Part shown: one piece after another, positions 8,523 through 16,453 of the stretch
Position numbering within the stretch: the stretch's first letter is position 1
How the letters are laid out: every line of letters begins with the position of its first letter
Source of the DNA: Nitrososphaerota archaeon
GTDB lineage: Archaea; Thermoproteota; Nitrososphaeria; PSMU01
Assembly: GCA_040290255.1 (NCBI GenBank)
Contig: PSMU01000001.1
Location: 30,958-94,957 of the forward strand
Direction of reading: 5' to 3'
DNA: 64,000 nucleotides
Position numbers and translations under genes: made by a program
Notes under the pieces: model-generated
What the model saw: only the letters and a program-made list of their open reading frames with translations
The model's database searches: none
What the model was told of the DNA's origin: nothing

Positions 8523-9509
8523 GTGGGCCGCAGAAAGCATAACGCGCCGAGAAGGGGATCCATGGGGTTCTATCCCAGGAAGAGAAAGGGAAGGCTATTG
8601 CCAAAAATAAGGTTCTGGCCTTCAAGTCCCCGGGCGGGCCTGCTGGGCTTTATCGTCTATAAGGCCGGGATGCTACACCTTATAGCCGAGGGCGATATCC
8701 CCAACACGCCGGATTACGGCAAGCCGCTGATGAAGGCGGCCACCGTGGTGAGCGCGCCCAACCTTTATGTCATAGGCCTCAGGGCCTATGCCAACTCCCC
8801 TCGCGGCCTGCGCTGCGTAGCCGAGGTCTGGGCGTCCGAGCTGCCCAAGCAGCTCACGAGGAAGATAAGGGTGAATGCCCAGAAGGCCTCCTCTCATCTG
8901 CCCTCGCTCGAGGCCCATTTGGATAAGATCTCCGAGGTCAGGGCCCTTGTGGCTAGCTTCCCGAGCGAGGCGGGGCTGTCGCAGAAGAAACCCTTTATAC
9001 TGGAGGTGGGCATAGGGGGAACGATAAAGGAGGCGCTCGAGTTCGCGAAGGGGCTCCTCGGCAAGTCGGTGAGCATCGATCAGGTGCTTAAGCCAGGGGA
9101 GTACGTGGATGTGATAGGCGTCACGAAGGGCAAGGGAGTTCAGGGGCCCGTGAAGAGGTTCGGCATCAGGAGGAAGGAGCATAAGGCCCGGAAGAGCGTG
9201 AGGGCGGTGGGCAGCATAGGCCCCATAAGGCCTGCAAACGTCATGTTCACCGTGCCCAGGGCAGGGCAGATGGGCTTTCATCAGCGCACGGAATTTAATA
9301 AGCGCGTGCTGCTGGTTGGAGAGGCGGGCGACAGTAACGTCATGCCGCCTGGCGGCTTCTTCCACTTTGGCCTCCTGAAGGCGAAGTATGCCGTCATCGA
9401 GGGCTCCCTGCCGGGCCCGCCCAAGCGGGTCCTCTTGATAAGGAAGGCCGTCAGGATGGCGGAGCAGCCCGAGGCGCCTAAGGTCTTGACCATCGTGGCC
9501 AGGAGATGA
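8523..9509 (+). CDS. rpl3: Ribosomal protein uL3
   Basis: GTG start. MGRRKHNAPRRGSMGFYPRKR...VIGVTKGKGVQGPVKRFGIRRKEHKARKSVRAVGSIGP is archaeal uL3. It is divergent from uL22, 41 bp away. Confidence 0.93.
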   Translation: MGRRKHNAPRRGSMGFYPRKRKGRLLPKIRFWPSSPRAGLLGFIVYKAGMLHLIAEGDIPNTPDYGKPLMKAATVVSAPNLYVIGLRAYANSPRGLRCVAEVWASELPKQLTRKIRVNAQKASSHLPSLEAHLDKISEVRALVASFPSEAGLSQKKPFILEVGIGGTIKEALEFAKGLLGKSVSIDQVLKPGEYVDVIGVTKGKGVQGPVKRFGIRRKEHKARKSVRAVGSIGPIRPANVMFTVPRAGQMGFHQRTEFNKRVLLVGEAGDSNVMPPGGFFHFGLLKAKYAVIEGSLPGPPKRVLLIRKAVRMAEQPEAPKVLTIVARR

Positions 9510-9772
9510 GCGAAGCCAGCGCCTTCAAGGTGATCATCAGGCCGCATGTGAGCGAGAAGGCCTTCTCGCTCATCCAGAACCAGAACACGCTCACCTTCAT
9601 AGCCCACCGTGAGGCGAACAAGGCCAGCATAAAGCAGGCCGTCGAGGCACTCTATGGCGTAAAGGTGAAGCGCGTGAGGGTGGCCATAACGCCGCAGGGC
9701 AAGAAGGCCTACGTTACGCTCAGCGAGGGCTTTTCGGCCAGCGACGTAGCCTCTAAGATAGGAATACTGTAG
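9506..9772 (+). CDS. rpl23: Ribosomal protein uL23
   Basis: IIRPHVSEKAFSLIQNQNTLTFIAHREANKASIKQAVEALYGVKVKRVRV. ATGA overlap with uL3, with no uL4 gene in between. Confidence 0.92.
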   Translation: MSEASAFKVIIRPHVSEKAFSLIQNQNTLTFIAHREANKASIKQAVEALYGVKVKRVRVAITPQGKKAYVTLSEGFSASDVASKIGIL

Positions 9773-9818
9773 GGAAGGACGAAAGTCTTTTTAACGGCGG
9801 GACCCTGTGTTTGGCCGG

Positions 9819-10214
9819 ATGGTAAAGGAGTTTAGGTATAGAGGGGTTCCCTTCGAGGCGCTAAAGCAGATGAGCTTCGAAGAGCTCATAAAGCTGCTTC
9901 CCTCAAGGGGGAGAAGGAGCCTGCTAAGGGGCCTCAGCGAGGAGAAGATAAAGCTCCTCGAGAAGGTGAAGGAGGCCGCCACGAACGGCGCCAGCAAGCC
10001 CATCAGGACGCACCTAAGGGATATGATCGTACTCCCCATAATGGTCGGGCTCACCATACATGTGCATAACGGAAAGGAGTTCGTGCCCATCGAAATAAAG
10101 CCTGGGATGATAGGGCACTACTTAGGCGAATACGCGATAACCAACAAGAAGGTGGTGCACGGCACCCCCGGCATAGGCGCCAGCAAGTCCTCGCTCTACG
10201 TGCCGCTCAAGTAG
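9819..10214 (+). CDS. rps19: Ribosomal protein uS19
   Basis: ORF 9807..10214 (GTG). ATG 9819 ([38 protein letters not shown]) lies about 27 bp from the TATA-like box tctttttaacgg (9786..9797). C-terminal [24 protein letters not shown]. Confidence 0.9.
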   Translation: MVKEFRYRGVPFEALKQMSFEELIKLLPSRGRRSLLRGLSEEKIKLLEKVKEAATNGASKPIRTHLRDMIVLPIMVGLTIHVHNGKEFVPIEIKPGMIGHYLGEYAITNKKVVHGTPGIGASKSSLYVPLK

Positions 10215-10218
10215 GCGC

Positions 10219-10881
10219 CTACAGCTGAGCCTGCCTGGGCGAGGAGCGATAGGGAGATTTTAGTACTTCTTCTATGCGCTGTGCCTTCTTCAGGCCCAGG
10301 CCCTGGATCCTAGAAAGGGCCAGCTTGCCGGCGTTGAAGACGGCCAAGGGCGTGCCGAACGTCTCCAGGAGCCGCTCGGCCAGCTTGGGCCCCACGCCGG
10401 GGAGCACACCGACCAGCCCCAGCTGTAATAGCGCCAAGTCCTCCCCCTTCCTAACCCTGGGCAGAGGCGGCCTCGCTTCCCGCGGCCTTCTGCTCTGCTC
10501 GACCATGAGCCTGATATATTCGGCCGTCTGCTCCCTGTCCTTCGAGGGTATGATGGCCAGCCGGTAGGAAATGGCCAGGCTCGTTATGGCCCCCAAGAAG
10601 GGCCTTACGTTATCAGCGGATTCCTCCAGCTCCGCTAGGTCCCCCTCAAGAATCAAAACCGGCTTTGCATAGTAGCTGGTGAGCGAGCTCGCCTGCGAAA
10701 ACAGCCTGCCGTCGTATATAGAGAGCTGGAAGTCCCTTACGGTCTTCCTCTCGACGCCTATCTCTGGCGTGACGACGTAGTCCCCCACGTCCAGCAGCGC
10801 GTACTCCACGGGCACGCCCAGCGATAAGAGCAGCTCGGGCACCCCCGAGCCCCTCTCCCTCTCATCCACCACCACGCTCAT
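10219..10881 (-). CDS. xpf: Short (crenarchaeal-type) XPF/ERCC4 nuclease with C-terminal HhH2
   Basis: ERCC4 motif VGDYVV...GVERKTVRDF, plus the helix-hairpin-helix segments LPGVGPKLAERLLETFG and IQGLGLKKAQRI. 220 aa; no helicase domain. Confidence 0.8.
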   Translation of the reverse strand: MSVVVDERERGSGVPELLLSLGVPVEYALLDVGDYVVTPEIGVERKTVRDFQLSIYDGRLFSQASSLTSYYAKPVLILEGDLAELEESADNVRPFLGAITSLAISYRLAIIPSKDREQTAEYIRLMVEQSRRPREARPPLPRVRKGEDLALLQLGLVGVLPGVGPKLAERLLETFGTPLAVFNAGKLALSRIQGLGLKKAQRIEEVLKSPYRSSPRQAQL

Positions 10882-10937
10882 GCGGCCGCTTAGGCCAATG
10901 AATCGAGCGTCGGTATAAGCTTAGCCCTGATGTACCG

Positions 10938-11297
10938 CTATGAGGGAGGGGGCGCCTTGAGCGCCTCTTGAATCTTGGCCTCCAATTCTTTTAGGCTTTC
11001 CCTAACCTTGGCCTCCTGCTTACTCAGGATAATGGCCCTGGCGTTAGTTAATTCCTTCCTCTCCTCCAGCTCTTTAGTCAGGGCCTCCTTATTTGACTTG
11101 ATTAGCAGAGGGCCCACCGCCTTAAAGACCTGGTCCGAATCCCCGAGCTCCTTGAGCTGCGCGAGGGCCCTCTCCAGCTCGCTCAGCTCACTCTCCAGCT
11201 GCTGCCTCTGCAGCTGAAGCGTCTGAAGGGTCTGCTGCAGCTGTGCGTAGCGGGCCAGCTGTTCCCTTACCCAAGGAGGCAGCTCAGCTTCGCTCAC
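10938..11297 (-). CDS. pfdB: Prefoldin beta subunit
   Basis: ORF 10938..11375; likely GTG start at 11297 (VSEAELPPWVREQLARYAQLQQ...). Coiled-coil / beta-hairpin (VFKAVGPLLIK) / coiled-coil layout. Usual place at the end of the exosome superoperon. Confidence 0.8.
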   Translation of the reverse strand: MSEAELPPWVREQLARYAQLQQTLQTLQLQRQQLESELSELERALAQLKELGDSDQVFKAVGPLLIKSNKEALTKELEERKELTNARAIILSKQEAKVRESLKELEAKIQEALKAPPPS

Positions 11298-11610
11298 GCT
11301 TGGCCTGGATTTCGGGCAGGGCCTTAAAAGCTTTGGCCGAGCCCTGTTCTCCCCCCTCCATTGAAAAGATCTCAAGCACGCACCTTATCAGGCCGCTGTA
11401 GGCCCTCAGCAGCGACCTAAGCTTCGGAAGGCTATCCGCGCCGAGATTAATCCGTAGGTGGGCGCCTCGCCGCTCTAAGCGCGCCCAGGTCCCCCTCCTT
11501 GACCTCACGCCCGGCAACGCCAGCGCGCCCAGCAGCAGCGAGCTAAGCCGTGGCCCAAGCTCCAGGCTCAGCTCACAGAAGGCGGGCGGCCGAGGTTCAT
11601 CACGGCTCAT
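11284..11610 (-). CDS. pcc1: Probable KEOPS subunit Pcc1-like protein
   Basis: C-terminal half LRINLGADSLPKLRSLLRAYSGLIRCVLEIF resembles, from memory, the Pcc1 block (I.A.D..ALR...NS.LR.I). Neighbourhood eL43 / prefoldin beta is typical for COG2892. Confidence 0.5.
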   Translation of the reverse strand: MSRDEPRPPAFCELSLELGPRLSSLLLGALALPGVRSRRGTWARLERRGAHLRINLGADSLPKLRSLLRAYSGLIRCVLEIFSMEGGEQGSAKAFKALPEIQAKRERS

Positions 11611-11812
11611 ACGCGTTACCGGCCAGCTTCAGGCCACAGTGGGGACAGGCCCAGATCCCGTTGGCGATCCGAGAGAAGCCCCTGCGGCTGCAGGAGGGGC
11701 ACCTTCTCCTCCTGTGTAGTAAAAGGTAAATGCTGACGAACTTCTTCCTCAGCGTCGAGCCATACTTAGCTCGCAGCTGGCCTAGCGTCGTCTTCGCCCT
11801 TGCCGCGGACAC
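11600..11812 (-). CDS. rpl37ae: Ribosomal protein eL43 (L37Ae)
   Basis: LRAKYGSTLRKKF...CPSCSRRGFSRIANGIWACPHCGLKLAGNAY is a C4 zinc ribbon. Lies downstream of rrp42. Confidence 0.9.
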   Translation of the reverse strand: MSAARAKTTLGQLRAKYGSTLRKKFVSIYLLLHRRRRCPSCSRRGFSRIANGIWACPHCGLKLAGNAYEP

Positions 11813-12638
11813 GCTCTATCACCTCCCTCAGCCTTGCCCTTATCTCCCTTCCCTTCTCCACCGCCCTATCGCTCAGGCTCTTAAGCTCATCGAGCGTCCA
11901 GGCGCCCCCGTGCCCCTTTTGCGCCGCACAGAGGTTATCGTGGCTGTCGGTCACAAGCGTGAGCGCCGCGTCCATCAGCGCCTCCTCCTCCGAGGAGGGG
12001 TCGACGATCACCACATCCCCTATTTTGGCGAAGGTCACGGAGACCGGCAGCACGTTCACCCTAAGAAAGGCGGTCTCGTTGGTCCTCTCCGCGGAGCCGC
12101 CCTCCTTCGCCTTATACACGGGCACCTTGGCCGTGGCCAGGGCCAGAACGCTCGCATAAGAGGAGGCATCCTTGAGGTTGCCGTCCATATCGAGGACGCT
12201 GATGTCCACGTAGAGGCCCAGCACCTGTTTCCCGGGCACGATGGCCAGCTCGCTCAGCGGTATCATGCCCGTCTCCCTTATTCCCCTATCCACCACGCGC
12301 GCCAGCTCTATGGCGTTCTCATCCGGGGGCCCTGGCTCGAAGTAGGGCGAGGCCAGCGGCAAGATCTCAGCGTTGACGATGAGCACGCCCTCGTTGGGCG
12401 TATCGGAGAAGGGCGGCATCGTGGTAGTCTTCACGCCCGCGATCACGTGCGTATTTCCGAGCCTAACCCGGGCCGAGCCTTGAGCCTTCTCTATCACATT
12501 CACCTCAAAGGAGAGGCTCCTGTAGTCCAGCAGCCCGCGGCCGTCCAGGCGCTTGCCCTCGAGCAGCAGCTCGGATAGCTTTGCCCTTCGGACCTCCTCG
12601 ACTATTATGTGCCTCTTGGCCCTCGATAGGCCGGACAT
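11766..12638 (-). CDS. rrp42: Exosome complex RNase PH-like subunit Rrp42
   Basis: LLEGKRLDGRGLLDYRSLSFEVNVIEKAQGSARVRLGNTHVIAGV is an RNase PH fold pattern. Follows rrp41. Confidence 0.9.
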   Translation of the reverse strand: MSGLSRAKRHIIVEEVRRAKLSELLLEGKRLDGRGLLDYRSLSFEVNVIEKAQGSARVRLGNTHVIAGVKTTTMPPFSDTPNEGVLIVNAEILPLASPYFEPGPPDENAIELARVVDRGIRETGMIPLSELAIVPGKQVLGLYVDISVLDMDGNLKDASSYASVLALATAKVPVYKAKEGGSAERTNETAFLRVNVLPVSVTFAKIGDVVIVDPSSEEEALMDAALTLVTDSHDNLCAAQKGHGGAWTLDELKSLSDRAVEKGREIRARLREVIERVRGKGEDDARPAAS

Positions 12639-13345
12639 TATGCCTCACCGTACCTCTTCAGCAGCGCCTCGCGCTGCTTCTGATGTATCTTCAGGCAGGC
12701 CTCGATTGCCAGGTCCAGCGCCCTCTTGAATTCGTCCGGGCTAAGCCTACCATCCAGCTGCAGCAGCGTAATGCGGCCTAAGTTGGGCATGTAGGCCACC
12801 GGCATATCTGCCTCGCCGAGCTTGTCCTCCATATCGTTGAGGTCGACGACGAGCCTCCCATTCACCTTGCCCACCGCACAGCCCACCACCAAGTCCCTCA
12901 TGGATATCCCCGCGTCGGCAAGGGCCAGCGAAGCGGCCGTTATGGCGGCGCCCCTAGAACCGCCATCGCTCTGTAGCACTTCCATGTAGACGTCTATGGC
13001 CGTCCTAGGATACTCCTCCAGCAAGAGCGCTGGCTCCAGCGCCTCCCTCACTACCTTGGAGATCTCTATCTCACGCCTTGAAGGGGCCGGCGCCTTTCTC
13101 TCATCAACCGAGAAAGGGGCCATATGGTACCTGCACCTGAGCAGGGCCCTATCGGGCAGGGTCTCGTGCCTCGGATGTACCTCCTTGGGCCCATATACCG
13201 CGACCATGATCTTATTCTTGCCCTGCTCTATGTAGGCCGATCCGTCCGCGTTACTGAGCACGCCGACTTCTAACTTAAGCGGCCTTAGCTCGTTCCAGAG
13301 CCGCCCGTCCAGCCTCCTGCCCTCCTCGGTAATCAGCGTTGTCAT
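12638..13345 (-). CDS. rrp41: Exosome complex exonuclease Rrp41
   Basis: [47 protein letters not shown] and [19 protein letters not shown] (RNase PH active-site region). Confidence 0.92.
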   Translation of the reverse strand: MTTLITEEGRRLDGRLWNELRPLKLEVGVLSNADGSAYIEQGKNKIMVAVYGPKEVHPRHETLPDRALLRCRYHMAPFSVDERKAPAPSRREIEISKVVREALEPALLLEEYPRTAIDVYMEVLQSDGGSRGAAITAASLALADAGISMRDLVVGCAVGKVNGRLVVDLNDMEDKLGEADMPVAYMPNLGRITLLQLDGRLSPDEFKRALDLAIEACLKIHQKQREALLKRYGEA

Positions 13346-14007
13346 CCCTCCACCCCCAGCATCTCCTTCGTCCTCCCCACTAGGTCCGTAGAGTAAATGT
13401 CCAGCTCGAGAGCCTTAAGGATCCTCATCGCCCTCAGTACCCCATCGGGCGGACCGCTAATAACGATTAGGCCGTTCTGCCCAGCCTTTATGTCGGTGCC
13501 CGTTGCCTTTCTTATCAGATCCATCAGCGAGCCCCGCCGGCCTATGAGCCTCGGCATGCTCATGGGGTTCACACGGAGCAGCTCCCCCTCCTTTATCTTC
13601 CCCATCCCCCTGCCCCTCAGCGTCAACTGAGGGTCCCTGGTGCGATCGTGTGCCATCACCTTGGCATAGACCAGGTCGCCCAAGTTAAGCGAGAACTCCT
13701 GCCGTCGGTCATGCCATGCCTCCCTCAGGGGAAGGAAGGCAGGACGCGGGGCGTTGATGTCCAGCTCCCAGCCGAAGGGCGAGACGTCTATCACCTTGCC
13801 CACCACCCTATCCCCCACCCTTGGGATGTAGGGTCCCTTTATGGGCAGAACGACGTAGGTATCTCCCCTGCGCTCCAGAAAACCGAGCCTGGTCGCGATG
13901 AGCCTGCCGCCCTCCAGCAGCAGGTACTGTCCCGCCCTCCTCTGCCTCGCCGAGACCACGTCGCCCGGCAACACCAGCTTCCTGGCTGGGGCCTGGGGCC
14001 TGCTCAT
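13342..14007 (-). CDS. rrp4: Exosome complex RNA-binding subunit Rrp4 (S1 + KH)
   Basis: S1-like block [25 protein letters not shown] and KH-like block [31 protein letters not shown]. Synteny SBDS-rrp4-rrp41-rrp42. Confidence 0.9.
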   Translation of the reverse strand: MSRPQAPARKLVLPGDVVSARQRRAGQYLLLEGGRLIATRLGFLERRGDTYVVLPIKGPYIPRVGDRVVGKVIDVSPFGWELDINAPRPAFLPLREAWHDRRQEFSLNLGDLVYAKVMAHDRTRDPQLTLRGRGMGKIKEGELLRVNPMSMPRLIGRRGSLMDLIRKATGTDIKAGQNGLIVISGPPDGVLRAMRILKALELDIYSTDLVGRTKEMLGVEG

Positions 14008-14693
14008 TTCTCCACCCTTATCTCGGCCGTGCCCTTGGTGAGCGAGGCCAGCCTATTGAACAGGCCCTCTTGGACGCCGGGGGGTATCTCGACCTCCGCC
14101 TCAAGCGAGCCGTCGGCCCTCCATTCGCTCTTCAGCACTTCCGACATTTCCTTTATGATCCTGTACGCATTTGAGCTGTACTGTGCCCCCACGCGTATCT
14201 TCAGCCTGAGCCTTTCGCTCTTCAGGGGCAGAATGGGCCTCAGCTTCTCGACGATCCCCTTAAGCTGCTCCTCTGCCGGCTTGAAGGGATCTATTGAAAC
14301 GTGCGCCTGATCGAGCGCCTGCTCCACCCTCAGCGGCGGATGAGGGTGACCCGTCTGGGGATCGACGAAGTTCCTTGAGATGGCGTTAACGATCTGCTTC
14401 CTCTTCTCCTCAATCAGCCTTCTCCTCTGTTCGGCCGTTATCTGCAGCTCCCCCTTGCTAAGGATCTCCGCGGCCACCTTGAGGGCCTCCTCGCTCTTGA
14501 AGTACTTTCTCAGCTTTTCGCTGCTCGCCTTCAGACCCCTCGACGCGTCCGAGTAAATTATATCCGAGGCCAGGACCTTCTCGATTGAGATCGGGCGGCC
14601 GAGTTTGTAGTTAAGCGCCTCTTCAGGCCTGACCAGTATCTCAAACCTCTCGCCGCCTATCGTTAGGCGCGCAACGGTGAACTTGGAGGACAT
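14004..14693 (-). CDS. SBDS family ribosome maturation protein (Sdo1)
   Basis: [32 protein letters not shown]...[18 protein letters not shown] is the FYSH domain pattern. Lies between psmA and rrp4. Confidence 0.88.
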   Translation of the reverse strand: MSSKFTVARLTIGGERFEILVRPEEALNYKLGRPISIEKVLASDIIYSDASRGLKASSEKLRKYFKSEEALKVAAEILSKGELQITAEQRRRLIEEKRKQIVNAISRNFVDPQTGHPHPPLRVEQALDQAHVSIDPFKPAEEQLKGIVEKLRPILPLKSERLRLKIRVGAQYSSNAYRIIKEMSEVLKSEWRADGSLEAEVEIPPGVQEGLFNRLASLTKGTAEIRVEK

Positions 14694-14745
14694 TCAATTC
14701 CCCTTCGGTCATACGAGGGACGTGTTAAAATATGTTTGCAAGAGA

Positions 14746-15483
14746 TCAGCCCTTGGGGCTGGAGAGGGCCTTCTTGGCCTCCTCCGCCACTCTCTTCACC
14801 TCCTCCTCCTCCGCCATCTTGAAGGCCCTATCCTTGCTCGAGATGTAGGCCAGCCTTATGTGCTTGATCCCGACCTTATCTTCGCTCACCAAGTATATAC
14901 ACTGCACCGCCAGCACCTTAGCCTGCTCCAGCGTCATGTCGGGCCTATAGTTCTTCTCCAAGAACTCCATCACCTGGTCCGAGCCCCCTCCTATAGAAAC
15001 CGCATCATAGCTGGCATAGGTGCCGCTGGGCTCCACTTGGTATACCGCGGGCCCGTTGGAGTCCACCCCGGCGATGATGATCGCCACGCCGAAGGGCCTC
15101 ACGCCCCCATACTGCGTGAACTGCTGGCAGAGGTCGGCTATGCTCTTCGTCACCGTGCTTATCTCCACGGGCTCATCATAGAGCAACCGATTCGTCTGGG
15201 CCACCCAGCGCGCGTTATCTATATGCAATCTGGCGTCGGGTATATAGCCTGACGCCGTCGCCGCTATGTGCGTGTCTATCTGGAAGATCTTCTGGCTGAA
15301 GGTGGCGCTTTGAAGGGGCCTGAGCTTCTCCTCGGCCGCCAGGACCACGCCATCCCTGCACTTTATGGCCAGGGCTATGCTCCCCCTTCTGACCGTCTCC
15401 ATAGCGTACTCCACTTGGTAGAGGCGTCCATCGGGCCCAAAGAGGGTTACCGTCCTATCATAGCCGGCGGTCTGTGGTAGCAT
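14746..15483 (-). CDS. psmA: Proteasome alpha subunit
   Basis: YDRTVTLFGPDGRLYQVEYAMETVRRGSIALAIKCRDGVVLAAE is the alpha-subunit signature (YDR..T.FSP.GRL.QVEYA). Confidence 0.95.
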   Translation of the reverse strand: MLPQTAGYDRTVTLFGPDGRLYQVEYAMETVRRGSIALAIKCRDGVVLAAEEKLRPLQSATFSQKIFQIDTHIAATASGYIPDARLHIDNARWVAQTNRLLYDEPVEISTVTKSIADLCQQFTQYGGVRPFGVAIIIAGVDSNGPAVYQVEPSGTYASYDAVSIGGGSDQVMEFLEKNYRPDMTLEQAKVLAVQCIYLVSEDKVGIKHIRLAYISSKDRAFKMAEEEEVKRVAEEAKKALSSPKG

Positions 15484-15506
15484 GCTGTCAGGCCCGCATC
15501 CTACGA

Positions 15507-15522
15507 ACTTATTAAGTTAAAG
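15507..15522. promoter_or_regulatory. Single AT-rich TATA-like core shared by divergent psmA and JAMM genes (53-bp spacer)
   Basis: acttattaagttaaag is the only AT-rich stretch in 15484..15536. It lies about 31 bp from the psmA ATG (15483) and about 23 bp from the JAMM GTG (15537). Confidence 0.45.
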
Positions 15523-15536
15523 GCCCTGTCGTCTAC

Positions 15537-15926
15537 GTGGTCCGGCGCGTGCACATCGGCAGAAGCGCGCTCGACGCCCTGTTGGCCTATGGGAAAATGA
15601 ACCACCCCAGGGAAGGGATCCTGCTTCTCAGGGGGCTTGTGAAGTCAGGTGAGGCCTTCGTGAGGGAGCTGGTAGTGCCACCTTTGGCCCTACACGGCGA
15701 AGGGTTCTCCGGCTTTCAGCCCTACCTGCTCCCCATCGATGCCAGCATCATAGGGGTTGCCCACACGCACCCTTCCTCGGATCCCAGGCCCTCCCGCCAG
15801 GACCTCCTCAGCTTCATGGGCGCGGTGGGCCTAATAGCGGCCTATCCCTATGAAGGGGCCTCGGATGTCCTCGCCTTCGATCATAGGGGCCAGCTGTTGC
15901 CCCTGGAAATCCATGAGGAGGAGTAG
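15537..15926 (+). CDS. JAB1/MPN/Mov34 (JAMM) metalloprotease, stand-alone archaeal type
   Basis: Conserved Glu (HPREGILLL) and the JAMM motif HTHPSSDPRPSRQD (H-x-H-x7-S-x2-D). 129 aa. Confidence 0.85.
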   Translation: MVRRVHIGRSALDALLAYGKMNHPREGILLLRGLVKSGEAFVRELVVPPLALHGEGFSGFQPYLLPIDASIIGVAHTHPSSDPRPSRQDLLSFMGAVGLIAAYPYEGASDVLAFDHRGQLLPLEIHEEE

Positions 15927-15965
15927 CGCGTTAAGTTTTATAATCGCCGGGACTCACGCGCCTCT

Positions 15966-16055
15966 GCGGCGGTCGTCTAGCCTGGTTTAGGACGCCAAGC
16001 CCTGCGCGGAAGCCTCCCGAGCTGGTGGTCGCGGGTTCAAATCCCGCCCGCCGCA
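15966..16055 (+). tRNA. tRNA-Gly (CCC) with a 14-nt intron inside the anticodon stem (after position 29; 15998..16011)
   Basis: Hand fold. Acceptor GCGGCGG/CCGCCGC plus discriminator A. D arm GTCT..GGAC. T arm GCGGG-TTCAAAT-CCCGC. Removing AGCCCTGCGCGGAA gives stem CCAGC/GCTGG and loop CTCCCGA (anticodon at 16016..16018). TATA-like box aagttttataatcg lies about 26 bp upstream. Confidence 0.8.
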
Positions 16056-16061
16056 CTCCGG

Positions 16062-16400
16062 CTAAACGCCCTCCCTGGACTTCTCGAAGCGTATGGAGCC
16101 GTCCTTCAACACCACCTCATAGACGTCGTTCACCTCAAAGTTAACGCCCAGCATATCGTACTCCTCCTCCGTCAGCGTCAGCATGAGCTTGGGAAATACG
16201 ATGTCCCTGAAAGGAGGGAAGAGCCCCGAGGCCTGCAGCTGTGACATCACGCTCCTGAGCAGCTTGGCCTCCTCACCTCCCTCTCCCAATTGTCCGAGCA
16301 GGGGCATGGCCTTCACTTCAACGAATTCGATCTGTTTACCCCTCTTGCCAAGCACAGGATCCTGCACGCTGCTTATCCTATGAACTATTACCTTTGGCAC
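16062..16400 (-). CDS. Hypothetical protein (112 aa), no domain recognised
   Basis: GTG-start ORF with no competing frame. The start lies 28 bp from the shared AT-rich core. No motif I can name. Confidence 0.5.
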   Translation of the reverse strand: MPKVIVHRISSVQDPVLGKRGKQIEFVEVKAMPLLGQLGEGGEEAKLLRSVMSQLQASGLFPPFRDIVFPKLMLTLTEEEYDMLGVNFEVNDVYEVVLKDGSIRFEKSREGV

Positions 16401-16420
16401 GCACGACCGGCCCTCGATGG

Positions 16421-16436
16421 CTTAATATCCTTATTT
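16421..16436. promoter_or_regulatory. Single AT-rich TATA-like core shared by a divergent gene pair (53-bp spacer)
   Basis: cttaatatccttattt is centred about 28 bp from GTG 16400 (minus strand) and about 26 bp from ATG 16454 (plus strand). Confidence 0.45.
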
Positions 16437-16453
16437 GGGCCCTGAGCCCGCAG

